Source: Hydrolagus colliei
Lineage: Eukaryota
Direction: 5' to 3'
DNA length: 64,000 bases
NCBI GenBank assembly: GCA_035084275.1
Contig: CM068754.1
Span: 11,470,001 to 11,534,000, forward strand
Numbering within the stretch: position 1 is the stretch's first letter; each line of letters opens with the position of its first letter. This document shows positions 1-12,458 of this stretch, piece after piece. The notes under the pieces were generated by a model that was not told the DNA's origin, searched no databases, and saw only the letters and a program-made list of their open reading frames with translations. The position numbers were made by a program, and so were the translations under genes.

Positions 1-119
1 AGAACTGATGTGTTTGCATCGTCTTCAGTCCCAGGTTTACAATAGCTTTCGCTTATTTGGGGATTCAGCAATCCAGGAGTCTCAATTCACTCAGATGCTT
101 AGATTTTGTCATCACATGT

Positions 120-262
120 AGAGAGGTAGACATTTATTTGGGGAGGATGGGTTTGCGAGGTTATGGGGAGAGAGTTGGGCAGTGGGATTAAATTGCTCTT
201 TTTAAAGAGCCGGCACAGACTCGATGGGCCGAATGGTCTCCTTTTGTGCCGTAAGGTTCTAT
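120..262 (+). mobile_element. CR1-type LINE 3' end fragment
   Basis: Contains GGTTATGGGGAG...ACTCGATGGGCCGAATGG...GTTCTAT, the CR1 3' UTR pattern also present at 42455-42583 and, inverted, at 16021-16150. Confidence 0.7.
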
Positions 263-775
263 CTTCACCATGTAGTAAAATTCTCTACTCTAATGACCTG
301 ATGCCCTAAACAAAGTGCACAATTGTACTCAGCAAGGAAAGGCCTTTCAGAAAGGAAAGGCCAGTCAGTGTTTGCAGCATTGTTGCGCCAATACCTCACA
401 ATATTGCGGTTTCATACCACATCATAACGTTCTGATTCATTTAGGCTGATTATGAATTAACAAGTCAATTCAAACATCCCTTCTAATTTAAGAAATTACG
501 ACTCCCTTTCTAATTTAGAAAAGTTCCGATGCCAATGTATTTTGCTCTATTCATCCACCATGTCATGGTCAGGCAAACTCTTTCCAGTTCATGCCAATTC
601 CACCACAATCTTCCAGGTGGTTTGCAGAGCAGTCAGGTTCTGTCACCAAATGCATTTTACTCCGTTATTCTGTACCTCCATAAACTCCAAATCATTTGGC
701 ATTACTGAATTCAATGTACTCTTAACCGGGGCTGGAAATGAATCGCTGAAGTCAGTCCATTGGCGTCTTTCCCAC

Positions 776-1171
776 GCATTCTGGGTCTTCGCGACTGTGG
801 TAAGTACTACCTCAAGTGGCTCGTTGTTACGATCAGTAAACGTTACTGGTTGTGGTAGTAGATGCTCATTCCAACTTAATTCACACATTTCTTAAATCCT
901 ATACAATAACAATTGGGTTATTTTTTAAAGACAGTTCAAACACAACAACAAATAAGGTGCTAAGGAGAGGAATACAGTAACCGTTTCTTTGGCTGAAGTC
1001 CCACAGTCCAGGAGAAGTGGTGGTTAGATAAGTTCTGAAAACTAGAAGAAAGTGTAACTGGGTTGGCTTTTGAGGACGTCAGCTGATTGGGAGGGGAAGG
1101 TCATGGTAGAGACAGGTAATGTTATAGAGATGGAGGAAGACAGAGTCTATCAGGGCCCGAATGGAATGCTT
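776..1171. repeat. Left arm of ~395-bp inverted duplication (partner 2590-2984)
   Basis: Its reverse complement aligns with 2590-2984 at roughly 95% identity by eye. ORFs 643..888(-) and 2872..3075(+) share the start MCELSWNEHLLPQPVTFTDRNN. Confidence 0.95.
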
Positions 1172-1350
1172 AAAGGAGAGTTGAGGACGGAACAAAAATG
1201 CTGAAGTTCTACATTATGAGTCCTTGAGGTTAGAAATATGGGAAGTTGTTACATGAAGTGCTTCAGATAAGGAGACTCTGAAGAGCTGAGTCGGATCTTC
1301 GTGGTTTTACCAACATTGAGTTGGGAGAATGATGAGAATCATCCAGGACT
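1060..1350 (-). mobile_element. Degraded L2-type LINE ORF2 fragment
   Basis: Minus strand has TTCCTCCATCTCTATAACATTACCTGTCTC (FLHLxNIxxL-like) and TTCTCCCAACTCAATGTTGGTAAAACC (xQLNVGKT-like). A similar motif occurs in the L2 copy at ~48710-48740. Confidence 0.6.
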
Positions 1351-2589
1351 GGTTGGTGCCTCCTCTTGTGGGTCTCTGAACACTAGGCCATGTCATGTTG
1401 CAGCCAGCCAGAGGCTTTTAACAGCTTCAGGGATCACAAGACAGCAGATGGGTTGGTATGCACATTCATCATAAAATGCTGGCAAACTGCCTTGCTTTAG
1501 GGAATGTCAAAACGTTGCGGAGTCTGCACACTGTAAAAGCAAGAAAACTTACTTCGCTTTTATAAAATGTTAACGTTTAACATTTTTTTCTTCTTGTTTT
1601 CGCTGAAAAATATGTAGCCCGGTCCAATCGAACTGATGTGCATGTGAAAGGACCAGGGCTCGAATTTAAGGATTTCTGTTTTCTTTGGTGTTTCTCATAG
1701 TACTTTGTTTCAGACAGTGGGTTGGCACAGATGTATGTATTTTTATATGCTGCTAAACTATTCCAGAAAAAGGATCATTGGACTTTTTTTTAATGACTCT
1801 TTATTCCAGATGTTCATGTTAGGCATGTCTGATGTGGGTATTTCTATATACTGCTGTGCTGCAAATCTAAATTGTGGTTTCAGAACTAGCGCCACGTAAT
1901 TTATATCCATGGTGATGCTTTTGGAGGCCAACATCCTGTTGTTTGGCCCACGGTAAAGCTCTTTTTCATAGAATTTTATTAACGTTGGGCATTCCTTTGA
2001 AAACAAAAATTATTTTGAAAGTTGATGCAAGTTGGGTGGGGGGAATGGTGGGAATATATGTCACGTAGGGATGGAACTAATTACTTGATTGTTGTAAGTC
2101 ACAAAAATCTAACTAGGTGCAGACCTCACTGAAAAGGTCACCCCTCCTACGGAGCTCGTACAGTACATATAATCTTAAATAAATCACTGGGTTCTGAAGG
2201 GAAAGAATTCTTGCAATCTACCTCTTTTAATTACATTTAATTGTTGGCTGCAAATTTGTCTCCATCGTTGCATGGGTCCTGGACTGCTGCTTCTTACAGC
2301 TGATATGAATTTTACCATTTTCCCTGCAATCCCCGTTGTTGCATATCAGGAGTCCTTGCCTAAAGCAGGCTTGCGCATCCGAGGTTTGCCCTCTCGTGAG
2401 CAAAGCTTCCTATTTGTTTCACTACAAAGGGTTGGAGTGCTCGAGCTAGGAACCATTAACACTCCACAAACTGCAACCGGCGGCGCCTCAACTGCAACTC
2501 TTGCCTGAAGCCCCATAACTACAACCCATATATCGAGTGTATCACATTTGGATGAAAGCAAAGCTGAGGGAAATCAAAATGGGTTCCAC

Positions 2590-2984
2590 AAGCATTCCAT
2601 TCGGGCCCCAATAGACTCGGTCTTCCTCCATCTCTATAACATTACCTGTCTCTACCACGACCTTCCCCTCCCAATCAGCTGACTTTCTCAACAGCCGACC
2701 CAGTTATACTTTCTTCTAGTTTTCAGAACTTATCTAACCACTACTTCTCCTGGACTGTGGGACTTCAGCCAAAGAAACGGTTTCTGAATTCCTCTCCTTA
2801 GCACCTTATTTGTTATTGTGTTTGAACTGTCTTTAAAAAATAACCAATTGTTATTGTATAGGATTTAAGAAATGTGTGAATTAAGTTGGAATGAGCATCT
2901 ACTACCACAACCAGTAACATTTACTGATCGTAACAACAAGCCACTTGAGGTAGTACTTACCAGAGTCAAGAAGACCCAGAATGC
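2590..2984. repeat. Right arm of ~395-bp inverted duplication (partner 776-1171)
   Basis: Direct reverse-complement match, read from the sequence. Confidence 0.95.
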
Positions 2985-5900
2985 ATCTTCAGTCATCTCT
3001 ACAAACCAACAACAACAACAAGAAGTGGCATTTCTAGAGCACCCTTCTCACAGTGTAATAACCCAGAGCGCTTGAACACGCAACATCTCTAGACCCAACA
3101 GGGTTTTTTTTTAGTCATTTTCATTCTCAGACAAATGACTCGTTATTTTCAGAAATCACCAAATCGAGTCAACCTTCCATATTCAAACCAACATGAGAGT
3201 GAGGCACCTTGGCTGTGGCAGGATTCAATCATACTGGAATGCGACCACAAACTTACCAGTTGTTTTTCAATTTACTTCATGACTGCTCCAGTCAAAACTC
3301 ACAGTTTACATAATTTTGAAGTTATAAACAACATTCAATTTCACTTCCAGCAACTCTTTGCCCTCACTGCAAATGTTGTGACCAAATGCAAGGCTACATT
3401 AGTTTCAAAACCAACATGAATGTAACTTGACAGTAACTTGTAACCAATTAACATCTTAATCTAGCCTGGATCATTCTCAGATTCCAAGTAAACTGAGTTG
3501 CTGACAAACCTATTGTAGACGGTTTACAAATATCCTGCACTGTATCACACCCTTTAAAGAAATAAGTGACAGGACAGTGCTTTAACCCCAGTATAAATGC
3601 ACAAGCAAACGCTATATAATTCACAACTACCATATTAGTAAATGTACAATTATTTGACAGCTTCGGGACAAGATGCATTTCCTGCCAGTTAAAAACACCC
3701 AAAAGATTTAGTTAGTGAAAATTTAAAGCAACTGTCACTTACAGGAAACAGTCTCCAGTCCAAATTGCATTAAGTTAAGAGTTCAAATAGCATTGCCCAA
3801 CCCTAGGGTGCTGTGAAAATACTGTTGATTCCTCTGTGTATGGTTTCAGGAAAAGAACTAAAGTTCTCATTTCCCAAGTCACAGTTCAACGGTAAGAAGG
3901 AAACGCAAGGTTTTCTTCCACCTCCCCTTTCCCCCCTGGTCAATTTTCTTCATGCAAATTATCACTTTTCCACCCCCAAATCATTTGCCTGTTCCCTCTT
4001 AATATTAGAAAAAATTAATTGAGGATAAGGAGAAGCAAAATTAAATGAAGCCAATATTTTATATTGTAGTTTGGAGGATCACTGAAATCCAGTTATTTAA
4101 TCTCATTGATTTTCCCCATTCTATGAGATTAAATTACTGGATTTAATAACAGTGAATTATCCAATTCTAATAAAAGCTTCCAAGTGTCATATAATTGAGA
4201 ATATACCCTTTTGGGATATGTAGGCTTTCCTATGCAACATTTCGCAAAACAATCCAGAATCAAAAGGAGAGAAAAAAAATCAAAAACATCAATCGACTCC
4301 TGATCGTCCTCCAATGACTGTTTGGACCCTGCACTCATGTCAGCGAAGCAATGAGTCACTTCATTGTGTTTCCAAACGGAGCTACATCAGGAATGGTGAT
4401 ATCTGACGAGGCATTACTTTCAAATCACAACTGAACAACAAAGGGGGTTAATTTATGAGTCACAGAAGAATTAGTAAAAAAAAGCCAATCCAAGAGTATG
4501 CAGTGGCTAAGCCTTTGTGAGTGCCCTCGGACACGGACCTCACCAATGTCAATGTCCAAGTGAAGCTGCTTAGTTACCAAAAACAAACAAACATTGAGCT
4601 GAAGTCAGAGGAATCCTGGAAGGTTTACTGCTACGAATGAGCCCAATCAGTCTATCATTATCTCTGTTTGGGTGTTAAGCTTCCCGCACCTATCCTGGTC
4701 CAAGTTCCATTCTTCTGGTCTTTCCCCATACCTTTTAATATTATTATCTGTCCTCCTATAGTAAATTTCTGTTAACTGGTGTCTCCAAGGTAAGAGGGCG
4801 CAGTGACGAGTTATCTGGACTGGTGAGTTAGGCATATGTATAAATACACACAAATAAACAAATTCTCTTTTTACTCACCAGATCATTACTTATCCTCATT
4901 AAAACCGTTCATAATTTCAAGACTGCTCAACTGGTCATTACTTTCCAGTGATAAATCTTGTGTGGTGCTTTGAGACACCTTAACAATTATTGTTTGACAT
5001 TTAATTGAGTGTAAATGTGGAATAGTGTGTATTTTTATTTAAACGTTAATGCACTTCACATTCTGTGAAGCACTTTGAGATACCTCAAAGACATGATAAG
5101 GCGCTATATCAAATGCAATGATTATAATTAGGTCCAGTTAGGTTTGGAGTAAGTCTGGTGAAAGCATGGTGATGTGTGGAGTATCACAAAGTTTACGGTA
5201 TATTGACTGACAGCAACACATGGTATCTTGGCTTTGAAAGATATCTTTTAAATAAAGTTGCCAACCCACTTATAGCTCAGTAAAAAAATTCCTTGTTACA
5301 CTCATGGTTACCCTACGATTAAATTAGCCCAACGGCAAGATCGCTATAATTAAGTAGGGTGCTTGATGGACTTATCCTGCATGAATTAGGTTACTGTAGC
5401 TTTGTAACAGTACATGTGCAACAACTCCACTGAAAGCCTACACCAACCATTGGATGATCTGATATCATCATCCCACTATTAAACAGTAATTAGTCTTAAA
5501 TAAAATGACATTTGTGAATTACATTTCAGTTTACAGATTTTCTGTTCAAATTGATGTGCCCTAATTAACAATTCCTTCCAAATAAAAAAAACAAGGGTCC
5601 TTCACCTCCTGGCTGTTGGGGTAAGGCATTGCTTTGTGCAAATTGTCTACCACATCCAGCTACAAAACACACAAACAGTGTACTTTTTACCCTTGGGAGT
5701 AAATCCTGTGAAGCACTTTGAGTTGCCTCAACAATGGGATAAGGGACTGGGTCAAGTGCAAGAAATATTATGTATATTTTCAGTCTGATGGGACACAAAT
5801 GGCTCAATTAAAAGAACGGCTCCTAATTAAAGTAACTTATAAAGATACTGCATAAAACTTCACAGAAATGACTCAGTAGTGCCAAACCAAGACAATCTGA

Positions 5901-8900
5901 ACAGCAACTGGGCAGTGAAGGTTAATGGCCACAGCCACTGCTCATTACCAACAGAAATAGTAACCATTAAATTCACTGCTGCAATAAAGCTCCGATGAGG
6001 TAAACTTTCCTTTCCAAATTCAAAGGCACACAGCTTACTGTATGCGCATGATTCCAATGAAGCTGCTTAATTCTAGGCGATGGTGGGGGGTGGGGAAGAG
6101 AGAGGGTTATCAAGGATGCACACCTTTCATCTCTGTGCCCGCAGTAAATGTCTTTAGGCGTGAAAAATCACTCCCCTTCCCGATATTTGCATGCAGAACA
6201 CACACTTTCAAGTAAGCAGACTCTTTCACTCACACCAATAAAGGAAGGGCCAGCTGAATTCAAAAAGAATGCTCGAGTCACTTTCTGAATTTAACAGCAA
6301 ATGCTCTCCAGTGATGTGATATTAAGTCACAAGGACCAGCCTGCTATGCACTGAAGAACCCAATCTCAACGAGACAGCACTGGCAACAGCCACTAATCTC
6401 AGTATTTCTGGGTTAGATTAAGCAAAAAAGGTTTGCCAAGTGCGGCACTGGTCCCTTTGCTAATACTGAACACAATAAGTTCCCATATAAAGATGGGACT
6501 CACGTCCAATAATTAATATTGTTGGGAGTGTCAATGAGCACCAGAGATGCAGAACTGCTCTAAACATAATTTTACAGGAAGTGCCACTTCTTTTCTGATC
6601 AGTTCAGTCAGTCTGTGCTGCAAAACACACTAAATTGATATGTAAAATTGTATTTGCCAGTTATCACTTTCCCCGCCGCATTCAAAATCTATTGGTTGTT
6701 GCCGATTGTGCTTGTCCAACTCCCAAAGAAGGCCTTCAGTCAAGAGCAAACCTTTGTTGATGCGGAAAAAAAAGATGTACAGTAAAAAAAATATTTGGTA
6801 TAAAAAGACATTACGGACATCACATTGGTGAATAAAGGACTCTTGGCTGAATTCAAAAAGAATACTCAGTCACTATTCTAGTATTTGCTTGGTCTGGAGA
6901 AAAGCAGACTTGGTCTGTGTTGTGACAGCGGCCCTGGATTCAGTTGAATGCTCCCAACATTTCGCATTTTTCTGCCATTCAGTCATGCATTTTTGTTATT
7001 GTTGAAAGAGGTGCGAAATTACACTGCATAAGATGAAGACCTTGGTGGTCTCCCAAAGGATTCAAGCAAAAAAGCCAGCTCCTTTGTTCATTGGGAGAAT
7101 GCAATCCATTTGGCCATTCAAACGAGAAATAAAAGCAACAGGCCTGGGAAGGGATGGAAGAGAATAAGAGATGAAACAGAAGTGGGGGTGGGGGTGGAAT
7201 AGTTTGGGTGTAATTATATTTGTTAGCACTTCATATAGCTGGATACAAACAATATCTTGCCATAATGTTTCAGAGATTTTTTTTAAGTTTAATGCGTTGA
7301 TGCTTAATGTGTGAATCTGATGTTATCATATAAATGGGGGTGATTTTAAACCAGGCTCTCCTCTGTAACCTTGTTTTAAAATATCAAAAACTAAAATGGC
7401 TCAGGAGAGTAGTGTAGACATCAAATCTGCACAATGTGCCATAATGATTTCAGGTATATAGGTCAAACTTCTCCTTCAAACTTTTGTTTTACTTGGCTGA
7501 GCAATTCAGGAGCTCAAGGGGGGAAATCCCATACACTATATCAACATTCCACTGGCAAGATTCACAGGCAGCATTCCACAAGTAAAGTGGGGCCAACCAT
7601 GGACCAATCTTCTCTTTCCGCAATTTCATCTGAAGAGTTTCGTCCGCATACAATCTCGCCCCGTGAATTGCACGGGAAACCAATAGGCCAAGGACTGGCT
7701 GAGAAATGAAATGTTCTAAGAAATTAGAACTTTCCCCCCCGCCAAAAAAAACCCCATCTTTATGTAGACTGGGCAAGGGGATTTAAATATATATATGTAC
7801 AAAATAATCATTTAGGCAAGGCACAATGGGGAGAAAAAACTTGCAATTAATGCAATGTGTCATATTTTCCCTTGATAGCACTTTAACGCTCATTACTACA
7901 GTCATTTATTAACTTTACATAGTGTTCATCTCGACCAACTTGGTGATTCCGAGTAAGTAAATAACATGTGTTGGTTTTTTTTTGTTGTTGGGGGGGGGCG
8001 GGGAAGGGAGGGGAGGGAGGTTTTCATCTATCAAAAAGACCATTGCTTGCTAAAATGACAAACATTCTGAAGATATACAAACCAGGCAGAATCCGGTCTC
8101 GTTTCATCAAGCAATGCACTCGTTTCCAATTTTCGCTATTTGTCCCGATTGCATTTGCATTCATTCCCAACCTCCAAGTGAAGACTATTCCCGGGGTTTG
8201 TTTTTTTCGCGAACTCGGGGAGGCTCGGAATGCGTTGCCTCCCGTGATTTGAGATTTCTCACAATCAATCAATTAGCCAAATATTTAGCAAAAAGAGACT
8301 ATTGTGGCACGTATTTCAAATGGTTCTTTCGATCCCGAGATCTGCTCAACCACACAGCCTCACAATGCAATCTCTCCCTGGTTGTGTGCGTCTAATTAAT
8401 CAGTGCAAAAGCGGAATTCTATTGCACACTGTCCTGATTAGAGAGGGAGGGAGGGAGGGAGAGACTGCTTAAAAACAATAGCCCAACAGCTTTGCCTTTC
8501 ACACCTGAAGTGCACAGACTGGGGCAAATTTTCCACAGGATTAGATTTCAACACTAGCCCACGATTCTCAAACAAAGGAGATTAAGGTTTCCTGTAATCG
8601 GCCTTTTCAATGTCTTAATTGTTAAGTTAATTAGGATACTTTTTGTAAAAAAAACAGCAAAACATCTTGCCACATAGCATTTGGGTTCCTCCTGTTCCCA
8701 ATTAACAATCCCATCCCCCCTCCTCCTCACCCCTCCCCCATTCCCCCAATTGATTCGGTCTTTGAACAGAGATGTATAGGATTTTGTTTTCTCTCTTTCT
8801 CTGCACTTTTTGTTAAAACGTTTGGGGGGGATTTCGAATTTAACTTCAGTTTCGCGGTGTGAAGTTTAAAATCCAGGTTAATCAAATAGTCATCGGTCGG

Positions 8901-9260
8901 ATCCTTAAATTTAATCCCGTCGACTCGGTTCTCATCAGGAGTTTAGAAGCAGTTCAGAAATTGAGGCTGTTAGAAGTTCAACCTACTTTCTTGCCACAAA
9001 CACAACACACACAAACATTTAATACGGTTTAACGGCAACAACTCTGCACCTTCAGCCCCTTATCACAGCTCCCAACGCGGTCCCAGTTGCTTCAAAGTTA
9101 ATTGCAATCCATCGACTCACTCCATTCACCAAAGAACATGTTTTAAAATGCCTTGAACGTCGTATACTTGTTGTTTAATATTATATATATATATATATCT
9201 ACACACTTTTTTTTACACAAAAAATACTTTTTGTGCTTTTCAATGCCATACCAGGTTTCA

Positions 9261-9349
9261 CCCCCCCCCCCCCCCCCCCCCCCCCCCACCCCCCCCCCCC
9301 CCCCCCCCCCCCCCCACCCCCCCACACACACACACACCCACACACACAC
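9261..9349. repeat. Poly-C tract plus (CA)n at the start of intron 1 (poly-G/(TG)n on the transcribed strand)
   Basis: About 60 nt of near-pure C followed by CACACA, directly adjacent to the GTAAGT donor. Confidence 0.95.
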
Positions 9350-9353
9350 TTAC

Positions 9354-9510
9354 CAGATATTTCTTGATAAGGGACATCGTTGTGGTTGAAACCTTTGGAG
9401 CTGTAAGCCTGTCTAACTTCTGTGCAGCTGCGGGTTTGCAGTTGCCCAAGAACCGAGGCACAGATCGCAGCTAAAGTGCAAACAATCGTGCAGACATGAA
9501 TCCAAGACAT
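9354..9510 (-). CDS. GPC4: Glypican-4 (GPC4/GPC6 class) coding exon 1: signal peptide and first conserved Cys
   Basis: Kozak-like ACCATG at 9510. Encodes MSWIHVCTIVCTLAAICASVLGQLQTRSCTEVRQAYSSKGFNHNDVPYQEIS/G, then a phase-1 donor G|GTAAGT (157 nt). SCxEVRxxYxxKGF is the glypican N-terminal motif. KGFNxND and CTLA favour GPC4, while EVRQAY and PYQEI resemble GPC6, so the paralog call is less certain than the family call. Confidence 0.88.
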
Positions 9511-9916
9511 GGTCAGGAGAGAGGATGGGGGGGGGAGAAATACACTGGAGGAACTTAGCACTAAGTTTTAGAGAGTGAGAGTGTGTGTGAGTGAGAGAGT
9601 GAGTGAGTCAGTAAAAGAGAGCGTGGGAGTCAATGAGTGAGTGACTGAGTGTGAGTCAGTGAACGAGTGAGTGAGTCAGTGAAAGTGCGAGTGTGTGTGT
9701 GTGTGTGTGCGAGTGAGTGAGAGTGCGAGTGAATGTGAGTGTGAGTGAGTGAGTCAGTGAAAGAAAGAATGAGTCAATGAATGAGAGAGTGAGTGTGTGT
9801 GAGAGAGAGAGAGAATGAGTGAGTGAGTGAGTGAATGAGTTGGGCCTCGCTCGTCGTTTGAAGAAAATCCCAGTCCTGTACAAAGGAGAGCAAAGCCCAC
9901 GCTATCCAGTGACTGG

Positions 9917-9947
<31 letters not shown>

Positions 9948-10101
9948 AGGGAGGTTCTGTTTGCCTTGTGGTCGATCACAGACTGACTGGGTGTCGAGCC
10001 AGCGACGAGGCTGAACTTTCTTTCTACTTCCAATTAAACAACCGACGCGGCTTCTTCTCAAGTCTTGTAAAAAGTTTATGAAACCTCAGTTTGCCAGATC
10101 G

Positions 10102-10132
<31 letters not shown>

Positions 10133-10620
10133 TGTGTCTGCCTGTCTGTGTCTGGGCTGCCTCTGTCTGCTGTCTGTCTGTCTCATGTATGTGTGTCTAG
10201 ACTCTCACCTCTCTCTCTCTCTCTCTCACTCTCACATTATACACACACACACTCACTCACTCACTCCACTCTCAAACTTTGGTCTCTTCACCGACCTTTC
10301 CATATGGTTCACCAAGAGACTGGATTAGATCAGACTGGGTTTGCTACAAAGATCCGCGATGGAGAAAACGTGGACTGGAGTTCTACTGTCAAGGGAGAGA
10401 GTGAGAGTTATAGAGTAGTGGTGGTAGAGGAGGCAGAGAGAGAGAGAGAGAGTGACAGAGAGTGAAAGAGTTGTGGAGAAAGAGAGAGTGGAGGGTGGGG
10501 GGGTGGGAGAGAAAGAAAGTGGATGGATTTAGCCTTGAAGTGTTTCAAAGCCATTTATGGTGGGGGGGGGGGGGGGGGAGATGGTGCCAATCTCTAACCC
10601 AACCGCACGAATGCTACCAG
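9511..10620 (-). promoter_or_regulatory. Probable 5' UTR/promoter of the GPC4-like gene, with (GAGT)n/(GT)n/(GA)n arrays and a CpG-richer core (~9845-10105)
   Basis: Lies immediately upstream of the ATG and retains CpGs against a CpG-poor background. The transcription start cannot be determined from sequence. Confidence 0.5.
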
Positions 10621-10889
10621 GGTGACCGGTGATGGGACTCGATAGTGATCAGTGAGCCAGGGGAAGAAGACTCACTGACTTCTCTGGTTTCACTCAGTTA
10701 GGGTTGTTGGCCATTCCATTTCTTTTTTTTTAAAACAAACAAAAAATAAAGTGAATCCAGTTCAGAAATCCAGTCCCGTTGCCAACTTTCCTTGTGTCTC
10801 CAAATCAAGTTGTGGCACAAACCAGCCGCCTGTCAGTCATGTATACACACACATATATATATATATATATATACACTGTATATGTGCAC

Positions 10890-10968
10890 ATGCGTACGGT
10901 CAATTCACGTTACACTATATTTCTGTGAAGCGCTTTGAGGTGTCTAGAAGACGTGAACAGTGATGTAT
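10890..10968 (+). mobile_element. SINE 3' tail fragment truncated by the gap
   Basis: TGTGAAGCGCTTTGAGGTGTCTAGAAGACGTGAA matches the tail of the main SINE family. Confidence 0.7.
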
Positions 10969-11127
10969 NNNNNNNNNNNNNNNNNNNNNNNNNNNNNNNN
11001 NNNNNNNNNNNNNNNNNNNNNNNNNNNNNNNNNNNNNNNNNNNNNNNNNNNNNNNNNNNNNNNNNNNNNNNNNNNNNNNNNNNNNNNNNNNNNNNNNNNN
11101 NNNNNNNNNNNNNNNNNNNNNNNNNNN
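10969..11127. other. Assembly gap (159 N)
   Basis: Run of N. Confidence 1.
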
Positions 11128-11529
11128 CTGGCTTGCATGGGTCCCTGATATTGCGACTTAAAATAAGTTTATGGACTGTTAAGAAGTTTTTCTTTGTTTG
11201 TGTTCGTTCCAGTTTCCAATATACTCCAGAAACAAGTTTTCTGGTCAATTAGTGAAGTCAATCATACCGCGTGAATGATTTGATTGGGTTAGAAATACCA
11301 GACAGCACAGGGGAGGAGGGAGGAACCCATTCAATTGCTGAATGGGAATGTCACGGGCGGTTCTGTTTCAAAGCCATTCATTAAAACAGTTTCCACAATC
11401 CAGTCTCCAAAAGAAACCAAGCTGAAGGTACTGTACCCAAAAGACAACTGTTATTCACCGTCCTTATTAAAATGCACCCATTGAGACCAGGCTTGGTTTA
11501 TTGCTTTTCTTCAGCTTCTTGTCAGGTTA

Positions 11530-11745
11530 TAATAATATAATAAATACAATAATCCTTGCGTTTGATGTAATGCTTTTCATATGTCTTCTAGACGTCTCAA
11601 AGCACTGCACGGAATATACCGTAAACAACAAAACAGCACCAACAAATTACATTTCTAGAGCGCCTTTCACATCGGGAGGAGGTCCCAAGGCATAAAGTGA
11701 ATTGACTGTATATTTGTGTGCGAAAAACAATAATATAATAAATTG
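11530..11745 (-). mobile_element. Two adjacent SINE/L2-type 3' tail fragments
   Basis: AATAATCCTTGCGTTTGATGTAATGCTTTTCA...GACGTCTCAAAGCAC, then CAACAAATTACATTTCTAGAGCGCCTTTCACATCGGGAGG. Confidence 0.65.
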
Positions 11746-12159
11746 CTAACTGCGAGGCTAAATCACTGGTCAAAGTGGGAATCCGGCGACCACCAACATC
11801 TGTGCGAATTTGTGGCAACTTTCGGAAGTTGTGTGTATGTGTGAGCACAAAACAGCGGGAAACATCCCACTCAAATTTCTGACCATCCCACTCTCCCAAA
11901 CACATACACACACTACATTTCCCCTTATTAATAAAAGGCACTACAGCACATGGCATCAGGCAGGAGGGAGTCATAAAACTACATATAAATACATATCAGC
12001 GGTAGCACGACCCAGCAAGAGGGAGTATTATTTTTGGTAAGAGTATCGTGTGCAAGTATCCAGCAAACTACATGTGGCACGAGTGCCAATGTTTGTGGGA
12101 CTGTTGGCAGTTTGAACCATATCCACTAGGGATTGATTGAGACTTTGCTCCAGAATAAA

Positions 12160-12458
12160 AATAATAATAATCCTTGCATTTGATATCGCGCTTTTCACAT
12201 CTTCCAGAGGTCTCAAAGCGCTTCACGGACTATACTGTAAAGTGAATCGACTGTATATTGGTGGGCAAAACGCGGCAGCCAATTGCGCATGGCAGTGTCC
12301 CACAAACAGTCGTGGACTGAAATTACCAATTTTTTTTGAGGGATTATTATTAGGCTTGTGGAGTAAGGAAACTTGCTCAAGTTTTCGCCCTGCCTGGAAT
12401 TGAACCCAGACCTCTCGGTTATCAGGCGAGTGCTCTAACCACTGAGCTGCAGGACTCC
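12160..12458 (-). mobile_element. Full-length tRNA-derived SINE (main family, ~300 bp)
   Basis: Minus-strand head GGAGTCCTGCAGCTCAGTGGTTAGAGCAC (box A) ...GGGTTCAATTCC (box B), body CTGTTTGTGGGACACTG...AATTGGCTGCCGCG, tail GTGAAAAGCGCGATATCAAATGCAAGG(ATT)n. Several homologous copies are in the window. Confidence 0.9.

Noticed and set aside
776-2984. DNA transposon with long terminal inverted repeats
   Set aside because: The arms include part of an L2 fragment that continues beyond one arm only, and I see no target duplication or recognisable transposase. It is kept as an inverted duplication instead.
1-9353. GPC4 exon 2 (expected HLxICPQ...CC)
   Set aside because: Not found; intron 1 appears to extend past position 1.
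9143-10465. Poly-Gly, poly-Pro and (HT/LS)n ORFs
   Set aside because: These are translations of homopolymer and microsatellite tracts; only 9354-9510 is a real exon.
10910-11252. ORFs spanning X residues
   Set aside because: Artefacts of the N gap.
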